From Batkoa obscura (taxonomy: Eukaryota): a stretch of DNA of 64,000 nucleotides. Each line of letters begins with the position of its first letter. The first letter of the stretch is position 1. Below are positions 38,925-50,518 of the stretch, in pieces. The position numbers were made by a program, and so were the translations under genes. The stretch spans positions 434,001 to 498,000 of the forward strand of contig JASVEC010000027.1 in NCBI GenBank assembly GCA_030770535.1. The letters are read 5' to 3'. A model generated the notes under the pieces. It was not told the origin of the DNA. It did not search any database and saw only the letters and a program-made list of their open reading frames with translations.

Positions 38925-39518
38925 ATGTACTTAAACTCCGCTTGTGAATTAAAAGCCAGTCTTTCAGCTGGAAAATTAGGGGAAGGATATTCTAATTATA
39001 ATCCAAATCTTGAAGACAACACATTAATTCAAGACTTTCATTATTCAGTCGATAGTCTATTCCCTGCTCCTTTAGGTACTCCTTTAGGTACCCCTTTAGA
39101 TACATTATTATACTCGTTGCCTTTTAATAATAGCAATGAGATTTTTAATGATCCTTTTCTATATTCTATTTACTCAGAAGACTTGTCTAAAATTAGTGAA
39201 ACTACCATTTCTACCATGTCTAGTCCATCACAGGAAGTAATAAATCAATACACCTTAAATAATAATGTAATAGAATCAAAGAATGAAGAAACGAAAAGTA
39301 AAAGACAACGCCAAAATAAGCAGCAGAAACTAGAGAGCAATAGAATAGCGGCTCAAAGGTGCAGAATCCGTAAGAAGCAATGGATCCAAACTCAAGAGCA
39401 ACAGATAACACAATGTGAACAGCAAAACGAAGAGCTAGAGAAACAAATTACTAGCCTTAAAGAAGATATCTTGGATTTAAAAATGTTGCTTGCGGCACAT
39501 AGGGACTGCGATCTTTAA
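38925..39518 (+). CDS. Atf1/ATF2-family bZIP transcription factor (paralog 5)
   Basis: First ATG at 38925. SNRIAAQRCRIRKKQW, zipper ending LKMLLAAHRDC, three PL(G/D)T repeats. TATAAAAG at 38871. Confidence 0.9.
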   Translation: MYLNSACELKASLSAGKLGEGYSNYNPNLEDNTLIQDFHYSVDSLFPAPLGTPLGTPLDTLLYSLPFNNSNEIFNDPFLYSIYSEDLSKISETTISTMSSPSQEVINQYTLNNNVIESKNEETKSKRQRQNKQQKLESNRIAAQRCRIRKKQWIQTQEQQITQCEQQNEELEKQITSLKEDILDLKMLLAAHRDCDL

Positions 39519-40127
39519 ATTTTTATAGCTTTGTTATATTAATTATCCTTTTGTATTTATTTTAATAAAGTATGCTATTTTTGTTTTAGTTCTAAACTGG
39601 AGTAGTTTTAAATGGTGATGTAATTGGAAGAATAAATTATTTTAAATGCTATATTTAATTCAATAACAAAATGAATTAATTTAAAACTCAAACTTTAAAT
39701 GTAAATAAAATAAAAATCATAGATTAGAAATCAATGTTTCATGTTTCAAAACAATTAAAAAAAAGAAATTAAAAGCTTGAAATTTTATATCAAATAGATC
39801 CATAAGTAATAATTTCCAAAAAGTACTAGAAGTGTATAGTTAAGAAATTTAAAAAAATTATCAAATTACTTTTATCCCTAAAAACAAAAAATTAAATATA
39901 TGGGGATGTCCAAATCGATTTCATTTCTTTATGCAATTTTTAACTATTTTATATTTTAAAACTTTGCTTAAAATCCTGTAAAAATAAATTCTTTATTAAA
40001 AAGCAAAAGTACCCGATACAGTTTTAAATTATTTTACTATAATTTATATTGTAAATTAGCAAAATTTATACTAAATTTAGTACAAATTCCTGAACTAGCA
40101 AGCCTTTTACTAAGATAACTTATATAT

Positions 40128-40226
40128 GAGGATGTATTTTTTTGTTTAACAATTTTACTAACAATTTTTCCGCTCAAATAGCGCTTAAAAGATGGAAAAA
40201 GTGATGAAGCCAAAAAAAACACCCTC
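40128..40226. mobile_element. MITE family A nested in the transposon derivative
   Basis: GAGGATG...CACCCTC, ATAT flanks. Confidence 0.9.
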
Positions 40227-40479
40227 ATATATTTAAATAAATTTATAAAATAAATATTAGTCTAAATATTAATCTTAATTTTTTTGCTGAACATTATGGA
40301 AAAAATATAGTTGATGGACATTTTAAAAATCTTTTACAATGGAAAAATAGTTTTAAAGCATTAGGTAAAATAGAAGATATTAATCAATTAATTCCAAATT
40401 TGAGACTTTTGTTTATAAACATAATAGAATTAATAACTTAACTGTTAATAATAAGAAAATAAATATAATTTTAAAAAAT

Positions 40480-40960
40480 TGTGAAAGTTGATACTCAGTG
40501 GTCAGAGTTAAAAGCTACTCTTGCTTAATTAACTTGCCTTGAGTCGAAGGGTCTTAGTTTATGTAACTAAGATAGACTTAACTTAATAGAAATAGTACAT
40601 AATAAGCTACGAATTATGTAAAACAAATACAATGGAAGATACTACCGTAAAATCTATGTAAGATGTTGTCAGAAAGACTTAGTAACTTTATTAATGGTAC
40701 GTTATCAGGGAGTAATCTAATTAAAAAGCCTCGAGTTAGTATGTTGAAGAATCTCTTTTATACTCCAACTGGGTGGCTATATATAAGAAACATTATAACA
40801 GTTATTCCTTATTATAGTTGCCAAGTATGGACATTAAAACGGGGACAATAAGTTCTTCATGAACAAGTGGTAGCAATTCTCACAGCAAATCTATATAAGG
40901 AACTCTGAATTGATTATCATATTATAATTAATCCTAGAGCTAATGAAGCGATATTTCACA
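40480..40960 (+). mobile_element. Solo-LTR-like element
   Basis: TGTGAAA...TTTCACA, TSD AAAT. Confidence 0.85.
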
Positions 40961-41701
40961 AAATATAAAAGAAGCAAAAACATAATAAAAGTAACAAAAG
41001 TATAAAGTATTAAAAAGTATTTACATTTCATTAAACATAATAATAAACTACACTGTTATCCAGTTTCTGATATATTAAAAAAAAGCGATATAATTCCAAT
41101 TAAAATTGTAAAGTCTATAAAAAATAAAAAAATTAAAAGATCAACCTCAACTTATCTTACAAAAATAATGAAATTTTAAAAGTTTTAATATTTACTAAGC
41201 AGGTAAATAGTTTATTAAATGATAGAAATCAATTGTTAAATGTCAATATTACTTAAATTATTAATAGCTAAGTTAATAAATAGTCAAAAAGCAAGTAGTT
41301 GTAATAATAAATTAAAACTATTATTATATCGCTTGTATTATATAAAGATGGTCAACTATAGTTTTCGGGCTAAATATTCCATCCTATGCAGATATTTATT
41401 AATAATATAATCATAATATTAAAATTATTTATTTATTTAATAGCAAATTTGCAATGTTGCCTATAAAACAGTTAATAATAAATATTTCTCAATGAGATTT
41501 TATAAAAATATACATTTATCTATATAATACAACTTTGATTAATATCAATATATAAATTATCTTAGCAAAAGCCTTGATAATTTGGGAGCTTGTATTAAAT
41601 TTAGTATAAATTTTGCTAATTTACAATATAAATTATAGTAAAATAATTTAAAACTGTGTCGGGTACTTTTAGTTTTTGATAGAATTTATTTTTATAGAAT
41701 T

Positions 41702-42160
41702 TGTGAAATATTGGTTTATCAGCTCTCGGATTAATTATAACATAGTAATCATTTAACCTGTTTACAAAGCTAGTGGTAGTCTTGTAATCAATTTGACTGT
41801 AAACCATGTGGTATAATCAATCCAGAGTTCCTTGTTTTGATTTGCTGTGAGAATTTATAACTTCACATTGCAAAGAATATAAAAGAGATTCTTCAACATA
41901 TTAACTCGAGGCTTTTTAGCTGAATTGTTCCCTGATATCGTACCATTAATAAAGCCACTAAGTCTTTCTGATAACATCTTACGTATATTTTACAATAGTA
42001 TTATCTATTCTATTTGTTTTATATAGTTCGTGACTTATTACGTATTATTCATATTAATTTAAGTCTATCTTAATTATATAAACTAAGACCGTTCGACTCA
42101 AAGCAAGTTAATCAAGCAAAAACTGCTTTTAACTCCTACCACTGAGTACCAACTTTCACA
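41702..42160 (-). mobile_element. Solo-LTR-like element
   Basis: TGTGAAA...TTTCACA, TSD AATT. Confidence 0.85.
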
Positions 42161-42857
42161 AATTTTAAGCAAAGTTTCTAAAATATAAAATATTTAAAAA
42201 TTGGATAAAAAATGAAATCAATTTAGACATCTCCCTATGTTAAAATATATTAAATATTGGTAAAAATCCATTGTTTGTTTTTTTGAGTTCAGCACTAAAT
42301 TCTAACTTTGACTATAACCTTCACCCTTAAGTCCAATACTAACTAACTCTTAATTGATTACACTAAATAGTAGTGATTTTATAATTAAAAGTTAATCAAA
42401 ATGCATTAGTTAGAATAATGGAAAAATATGTCTCTGTCTCGGTCCCCAGGCCATAAAACAGCTACCGCCGGCTTTCCTATCTGTTCTTTCCTCCAAGAAT
42501 AATTATACTTCACATCTATGAAGTTTTATTGATGTTGCTTTTTTTTAAAAAGATAAAATCGCTGTTTATCCATATTGGATAAGTACGTTTTAAATAATGA
42601 TAATAATTTAAAACTATAAAACGTATCTCTTTTTTAAAATAATAATAGTAGAATTTTAAATAAATTGATATTTTATTTGGAGTAAAAAATACCAAACTTT
42701 TAGTCTATACTCAATGGTTTCTGTTCTCCTAAAAGGCTCCAACTTTCTTAACGTGGATAGATTCACAACATTCTATAAAAATTGTTTACTCTCTGACAAC
42801 ACCCATTCTTAGATAGCCTAATGCAATTTTGTTTAACATTACAACGGGCAAAACCAA

Positions 42858-42944
42858 GGGCGTCTTTTTTTAAAAATTTTACAAACAATTTTTCCAATCA
42901 ATAGCGCTTAAAAAATATAAACAAATGAAACCAAAGATGTCTCC
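42858..42944. mobile_element. MITE family A, degenerate
   Basis: ACAATTTTTCCAATCAATAGCGCTTAAAAAA core with eroded ends. Confidence 0.65.
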
Positions 42945-43480
42945 ATAAAGATCTCTGAGTTTTTGAGTTTTTAAGAATAATAAAAGCACCAAAGTGATTA
43001 CAATATTATTAATATTTAAATGAATGTTTTATCCACAAACAAATCTTACTAAATTTATTATGATAATAATAACTCGATTAGTGAATTTTACCTCAAAATT
43101 TTTAAGTAACACCTGTTTACAGCTTTGTACGTTATTAAAAAATAACTCCCAATTGAAATAAGTCATTTCTGATTATTGAAGTTCTAGTATACAAACTAAT
43201 TCATAATGTGCAATCTTTGCTTTAAATAACTTATTGATTAAGTGCAACATCTATATTATATCATGAAGGTTATATAGTTTGATAAAAGGTGATATATTTG
43301 TTATACTCTATTTAGTAAAAATATAATAAATTAATTTTAAATTACTTGTTTCGGTTTCAAAATCCTTATAGGTCCCCCATATTGATATTGTGATAAAAAT
43401 ATTGTACAAAAAGAACTTATAAAAATAATAGTGAACAATTATAAAACATCAAATAAAAAATAGTAAAGTTTATTAATAAA

Positions 43481-44023
43481 TTATTGATAATTAGCCCAGC
43501 TCATAAAAGGAAAAGTAGTATAATCAATTGTAGGTACATTTGATTTGACTATAAAATTGTTACTAGACTGTGCTAGTTGACCATCATTTAAATAAATCGG
43601 ATAGGAAGATGGGAGCCAGTTGAGTGGCGATGCTACTGGTGATACGGAGTTCAGCGAAGAGTTTGAGCTAACAATATGGAAGCTTTGATTTTCATTAAGT
43701 TGATTTGAATAATCAAGTATACTACTATCTTTGATTCTGAATTTTTCTGGTTTATCTTCTTTTTTAGCAGTAACTTTAATAGAAAACTTGCTAACATACT
43801 TTTTATAATACCCAGGCTTTGGGTTATTTCTTTTTGGTGGTTTATCCGAATAGCTACATTTGGTATTATGCTTTACACATTTATTACATTTTGGTCCAAC
43901 CATATTACATACTAATCGCCTTATTTGACAACATTCGCATTTATAAGGGTGTATTATAACATTGTTATTGTTATCAGTAATCGTTGAAACTTTATTTAGA
44001 GGAGTATTAACAGATTTACCCAT
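43481..44023 (-). CDS. Small Zn(II)2Cys6 transcription factor
   Basis: CECCQIRRLVCNMVGPKCNKCVKHNTKC fits C-x2-C-x6-C-x6-C-x2-C-x6-C. Confidence 0.85.
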   Translation of the reverse strand: MGKSVNTPLNKVSTITDNNNNVIIHPYKCECCQIRRLVCNMVGPKCNKCVKHNTKCSYSDKPPKRNNPKPGYYKKYVSKFSIKVTAKKEDKPEKFRIKDSSILDYSNQLNENQSFHIVSSNSSLNSVSPVASPLNWLPSSYPIYLNDGQLAQSSNNFIVKSNVPTIDYTTFPFMSWANYQ

Positions 44024-45497
44024 GATAGATTAAATAATATAACTTTAAATAATAAATATTTTTTACAAAAAATAATTTGAGTTGAAAAATAAATGGTCGT
44101 GTTATTTATATACTTTTTCAGGATTATAGTTATAGCTATTAATAATGCTTTTATTAAATTTCGATATCATAATTCTATTTGTTTACTTAGTTCCATAAAA
44201 ATATATTAAGTTATTATACAGGTTACATCTTTATTTGGTGGAAAATAGTTTATTTAAAAATTTTGTTCAAGAATATATGCTTGGATTTGACAAGAAAATT
44301 TTTCATGATATTGAAATAGCACATGGTGTTGTGTAAACTTAATAATATGACTCAATTGGAAATAAAATTCCATTTCAAATATTTTAATTCCATGCTATAA
44401 CTGTTTTTTGCATACAATAAATTAAATAGAAATAAGGACTAATATTTAGAAATTAAAGTACTCTATATTTTATTAACAATGTTCGATCAATTTATATCAA
44501 ACATATTATTATTTATAGAAAAAACAATACTATTTATAAAAACATTTAACTTGTTTAATTAGGTTCCTATAAAAAGTACCGTGGTTTCGGAATTGCAGCG
44601 TAGCTTTAAAGTAGCAATTAATAATGAAATAAATAAATATTTTTAATTCCTATTAAGGGGAATATATTTTATATTTAAAAAAATAAACAACATTTTTACA
44701 TTTTATTCATTGTTTAAGTATTTTTGTTGAATAAAAGATATAAAATCTTCATTATAAGATGGAATTAACCCAAATAGTTTGGGTTCTCAATCTCGAACAG
44801 AATAGGCATTTGGTTATATTTAGAAATTTAAAATCAAGTTTTGAATCCAATTTTTTATTGTATCATTAATAAATTATTTGGTTCTTTTGATATCATTAAG
44901 CATAATAAAAAAATTAAATGATATATTATTTCAATTATCAAGTCTCTTTAAAAACATTATATTGTCTAAATATACTTTATAACGGAAACATTTGTTATAT
45001 TCTTAAGACAATAGCAAATCGTTTTTTCATAAGATCTATAATTCTTAGTCGTTGTGTTGCATATGATAACAAATATATTAAACAGGAATTAATGTAAGCG
45101 TTGTATTTTCACAGCATTTATTACAAAGAAGTAAAAATCTTCTCATAAAAACTAAAAATTGTTATATTTTTAGAAATTGAATTCTTAATATGCTCTTATT
45201 TTTTTTATTTAATAAATTAGTTCTAGACTAAAGGAAGTTTAATTGGTTAGCTTGCTTTTTTAGCTCAAGAAGTAGAAATTAATTAAAAGCAGTAGCAAGT
45301 TATGACGCTTTTATATATTTAAAAATGGAATGTATTAGAAATCATGTTACTTGTTTGTAAAACACAATTAATTGATAGATCTTTTAATAAATTACACTAA
45401 CACCACCTTGTATTGTACAATGAAATTTTCTAACATTTCCACTTTCACTTTTAATTAAATAACTGTGTTCAAAAAAACAAAATAACAATAAATATAT

Positions 45498-45596
45498 GAG
45501 GATGTATTTTTTTGTTTAAGAATTTTACTAACAATCTCTCTGCTCAAATAGTGCTTGAAGAATGGAAAAAGTAATGAAACCAAAAAAAACACCCCC
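45498..45596. mobile_element. MITE family A
   Basis: GAGGATG...CACCCCC, ATAT flanks. Confidence 0.9.
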
Positions 45597-47126
45597 ATAT
45601 ATTACATTTGAAATTTTTTAATACTAATATGGATGAATATCGATACATCTATAGTTAAAAATGGTTCTGTTTTATTCTTTAAAGCAGATAAAACGTTGGA
45701 ATTGTTGAATAATAATTAAAACTCCAATAACTTAATTCCTAATTTTAAAATAATAACCTTAAGTGTTTAATTAGAAAAAAAATCATTTAACAAACATATA
45801 ACTGAGATCCATTGTATTATTAAAATTTGAATAAAAGGAATGACAAGGTATTAGTATTGTTTTAAATCACATTTTTATTTTAAAATAAGTTAAAGTATTA
45901 TTATTAATAAATTGAGAACTATACTATTTTGTTTATAAAAATAAAGTAACAGTAACCAAAATTATCAATACAGAACTTAAATTATAATCAAATAAACCAA
46001 AATCAAAGAGGACATTTCCAAAAAACCTGATCTAACTTTCAAAAATAATCATAGTTATTTTTCTATTATCGCAGCTCGCTATTTAACAATAGAAAAAAAA
46101 GCTTAAACAAATCTTAATTGTTTTGAGCAAAGATTCAAATAATAATTTTTCTATGGCGCTATTAACAAGTTCTTTAAAATGGACTTATTCCTAAATAATT
46201 TGCAGTTTTTCTATTCCAGCTCCATCATTCGATATTTTTTGAACAACTAAATCACTTTTAACATATCCCTTGCTTTTGATCGTACTTTAAGCTATTTTAA
46301 AAGTGCTAAACCTCAACTTCTAATTGTCTCGTTTTAATAGCATCAATTTGACTTTGTAGAAGTTTTATATATGAAAAAACGCTCTTTATTATAATAAAAT
46401 TATATGCTTTTAATTTGAAAATCTATTAGTATAAATATAAAATATTGGTTTTTTAAAAGAGAAATAAAGTTACAAGTAAAATATTAATTGATTTTAACTC
46501 TATTCTTTTATTCTTTTGTCTATAATTGATGAACTTACAAAAAAATTGAGCCATCCCTTATCCCTTGTCCCTTCACTATTCTTTTTTTGGCTCAAAAAAT
46601 GGCTTAAATTCTTTTTTACAAAAATCAAACAATTCCTTTTTATTATAAAGGAAGGTCAAAAAGTTTGAAAAATAAAAGGGTTAAGAGAGGATCTGATCGG
46701 AAACTTTTTACACCATTCTATTGTACCTGCTATAAATAAAACAACTACAATATTTTATATTACCTCAATTACTCGCCTACAATATACTCAAAAGGAAGGC
46801 TACTATTAACAAAAAATGATTTCCTATTAAAATACACCTTTGAAATTTTGATGTATCCTAGAAATAGGTAATTTAATTAATACAAAACTTTGTAGCTCTT
46901 ATATTTATGACATATACAATAGAATTGTATAAAAAATCCTCACTCAGATCATCTTTAATCCTCTCGATTTTTAAATTTTTTGGCTCCCCTCTGTAGGTTT
47001 TTTATCTGATGCAGGATTGCTAAGCTATTACAGCCATTCAATTTGTTGAATCACAAAATCAATTTCCTTTTGCTGTAAGCGGATGCAAACTATTTAAACA
47101 TAATTAAAATTAGACAGAAAATATAT

Positions 47127-47224
47127 GGGGACATATTTTTTTGTTTAAGAATCTTACTAACAATCTTTCTGCTCAAATAGCGCTTAAAAATGGAAAAAAT
47201 GATGAAACCAATAAAAACATCCTC
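47127..47224. mobile_element. MITE family A
   Basis: GGGGAC...CATCCTC termini, TAGCGCTT core. Confidence 0.85.
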
Positions 47225-47517
47225 GTATCCTTTAATAAAAAAAATTCTAGAAAAAATAAAACAGGAGTATTTAAAAGCAAGATTAGTAAGATTGATTTTT
47301 GCAAATGTATCATATCCGAGGATGTTTTTTACCAATTGTCGTTCTTTGCTATTTTTTCAAGATTTAGAAATTAATTAACCAGTATCCTGTTCAAGCTTGG
47401 AAGTGTGCTAGTTGACTGTTCCTTTTAAAATAAAAATTAAATTAATAATCCTCAAGTCAGCATGATAAAACAAATAATTGACTATAAAACTCATCATTTG
47501 CCAGAGCACATTTGAAC

Positions 47518-48099
47518 TGTGAAAGTTTGATATTCAATGGTTGGAGTCAAAAGCAGCCCTTGCTTGATTAACGCCTTAAGTCGAACAGTCTTAGTTTATG
47601 TAACTAAGATAGACTTAAATGAATAAGAATAATACGTAATAAGATACGAACTATGTAAAACAAATAGAATAGATAATACTACTGTAAAATCTACATAAGA
47701 TGTTGTCAGAAAGACTTAGTGGCTTTGTTAATAGTACGATATCAGGGAGTAGTTCAGTTAAAAAGCCTCGAGTTAATACGTTGAAGAATCTCTTTTATAC
47801 TCCAACTGGGTAACTATATATGGGGGTGTTTTTTTTGGTTTCATTATTTTTTCCATTTTTAAGCGCTATTTGAGCAGAAAGATCGTTAGTAAAATCCTTA
47901 AACAATAAAATACATCCCCATATAAGGAACATTATAACAGTTATTCCTTATTATAGTTGCCAAGTATGGACATTAAAACTTGGGCAATAAGTTCTTCATG
48001 ATCAGGTGGTAGCAATTCTCACAGAAAATCTATATAAGGAACTCTGAATTGATTATCATATTATAATCAATCCTAGAGCTAATGAAGCGATATTTCACA
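47518..48099 (+). mobile_element. Solo-LTR-like element carrying a nested MITE
   Basis: TGTGAAA...TTTCACA, TSD GAAC. Confidence 0.87.
47822..47919. mobile_element. MITE family A nested in the LTR-like element
   Basis: ATAT duplicated relative to the empty site in the 40480 copy. Confidence 0.9.
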
Positions 48100-48181
48100 G
48101 AACCTAAACAGTTGCATTAGTTAACCTTTAAATTTTAAAATACCAAAAAAAAAGTAATAAATAAAGAACATTTTTATATAT

Positions 48182-48280
48182 GGGGATGTATTTTTGTGTT
48201 TAAGGATTTCACTAACAATTTTTCCACTTAAATAGCGCTTAAAAAATGGAAAAAGTAATGAAGCCAAAAAAAACAGCCTC
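48182..48280. mobile_element. MITE family A
   Basis: GGGGATG...CAGCCTC, ATAT flanks. Confidence 0.9.
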
Positions 48281-48578
48281 ATATTATTTATATAATTGCT
48301 GAATTTTTAATTAATTAAATTACTATTTTTTAAAATGTGAACACACAATGAGATAATGTGTTTTTAATTTTAATTTAATAAAATATTATGAAATAATAGA
48401 ACTTAATATATGAATTTTTTTTATAGCTTATGAATAATATATATTTTAAATATAGTTAAAACTTTAAAATACAACATAATAAGATAATATTTTTTATTAA
48501 AAGTTTTATAAAAATAAAACAAAACTCAAGTTTTATTCTATTAAAAGCTTAAATTTATATAATCACTTTTTAATATAT

Positions 48579-48677
48579 GGGGATGTATTTTTTTGTTTAA
48601 GAATTTTACTAACAATTTTTCCACTCAAATAGCGCTTAAAAAATGGAAAAAGTAATGAAACCAAAAAAAGCACCCTC
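48579..48677. mobile_element. MITE family A
   Basis: GGGGATG...CACCCTC, ATAT flanks. Confidence 0.9.
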
Positions 48678-48889
48678 ATATATTTTTGCTTTTATTATTA
48701 ATTTAGTAAGTATAATTTATCATATAAATTTAACTAAAATTAAATATATTTAAAGTTTTTTTATTCAGATTTTCTGCCAGAATTTTAATTTTTTAATATA
48801 ATAAATTTTATTTTTAAGTTTTATTATACTTAATTTAATAAACTTGATTTAGTTTTTTATTAGTTTTTTATATAATTTATTGATAATAT

Positions 48890-49455
48890 GGGGGTGGTTT
48901 TTTTGGCTTTGTGAAAGTTGATACTTAGTGGTCGAAGTTAAAAGCTACTCTTGCTTAATTAACTTGCCTTGAGTCGAAGGGTCTTAGTTTATGTAACTAA
49001 GGTAGACTTAACTTAATAGAAATAGTATGTAGTAAGCTACAAATTATGTAAAACAAATACAATGGAAGATACTACTATAAAATCTATATCAGATGTTGTC
49101 AGAAAGACTTAGTGACTTTATTAATGATACGTTATCAGGGAGTAATCCAATTAAAAAGCCTTGAGTTATCATATTGAAGAATCTCTTTTATACTCCAATA
49201 AGTATGGATATCAAAACGAGAAGATAATATTCTTTGCAATATGAAGTTAGAAATCCTCGCAGCAAATCAAAATAAGGGACTCGGACTTAGTTGTGTTTGA
49301 ACTTGAGAACACAACAACTTAAATGATTGTTGTGTTATAATCAATCCGAGAGCTAAATAAAGCAATATTTCACAGCTTCATTATTTTTTCCATTTTTTAA
49401 GCGCTATTTGAGTGGAAAAATTGTTAGTAAAATTCTTAAACAAAAAAAGATCCCC
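48890..49455. mobile_element. MITE family A split by an LTR-like insertion
   Basis: 48890-48909 and 49375-49455 rejoin into a full MITE. Confidence 0.88.
48910..49374 (+). mobile_element. Solo-LTR-like element
   Basis: TGTGAAA...TTTCACA, TSD GCTT. Confidence 0.88.
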
Positions 49456-49659
49456 ATATATAAAGTTTTTAGCTTATTAATAAAAGTTACTACTTTTATT
49501 AACTTTTTTTAAATATTTAATTTAGTTTTATATTTATTTCATTTCAATTAATTTTAAACTTCAGTTAATATTTTTGTTTATAAATTATCACTTTTTTTAG
49601 CTAAATTTTAACTTTTTTACTTAAATTTAATATTAGAAACACTATGTTTTTATTTATAT

Positions 49660-49757
49660 GAGGGTGTTTTTTTTGGTTTCATTACTTTTTCATTTTTTAA
49701 GCGCTATTTAAGTGGAAAAATTGTTAGTAAAATTCTTAAACAAAAAAATACATCCCC
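49660..49757. mobile_element. MITE family A
   Basis: GAGGGTG...CATCCCC. Confidence 0.9.
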
Positions 49758-50300
49758 ATATAATAAAAATATTTAGTTATGTTAAAATAAAATAAAATTT
49801 AAAATTTAAAAAAAGCTGGAGGGGGGGGCAGGGTAAATTTAGCAAACATCTAATTAATATAAGCTGCCATCATAATTAAAATAGCTGAATTATTTAGTAT
49901 TATTTGGAAAATAAGTAGAATAGTTTTAAAGAACTGGTTAAACCAGTTAAAAAAAGTTAAAAAAGTAAGCTTAAAGATGAATTTTATATTAAAGCAATAA
50001 AAGATAAGCCTGTAATGATTATTTTTATTATTGTTGTTAATAAAATACTTGGAAATTTATTTTTTCAAGAAAAAAAAGCTATATATAAATATGAGTATAT
50101 CAACAAAGCTTATAAGGCTATAGTACAGATTTTACAAGCCTTTCAGCTTTCTTTTAAAGACTAGAAGTGACCTTAAATTATTAACAGTTTTATTTGAATT
50201 ATTATGCCTTATAAGTTGATTACATTTTAATATATTTCTATATATTTAATAGAAAATAAAATAAGAACATTCCAATTTCATCCATGTTTTATTTTATCTA

Positions 50301-50380
50301 TTAAAAAAGTTAAAAAAAATTAAAAAAAAATTAAAAAAAAATTAAAAAAAAATTAAAAAAAATTAAAAAAAGATAAAAAA
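50301..50380. repeat. Low-complexity (TTA6-9)n tract
   Basis: Repeated TTAAAAAAAA units. Confidence 0.8.
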
Positions 50381-50518
50381 TATTGGACTGCAGATAGAAA
50401 AGGGATATTTGATAATAACTGAATGATAAATTACGTCCATTGACTTTAGCTTTAATAAATCCTAGTTGTCAACTTTAATATAAAAAACAGCGTGAATAAA
50501 AGATTATATCATAAAACA

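Larger units (their letters stand above)
39902..42234 (+). mobile_element. Rearranged non-autonomous derivative of the Sola2-like transposon
   Basis: TIRs GGGGATGTCCAAATCGATTTCA / TGAAATCAATTTAGACATCTCC. 40230-42234 is homologous to the reverse complement of ~16108-17300 and includes NFFAEHYGKNIVDGHF. Confidence 0.82.

Noticed and set aside
40663..41807. ORFs 40663-40851 and 41616-41807
   Set aside because: They lie in LTR-like or transposon non-coding sequence and are not kept open in sister copies.
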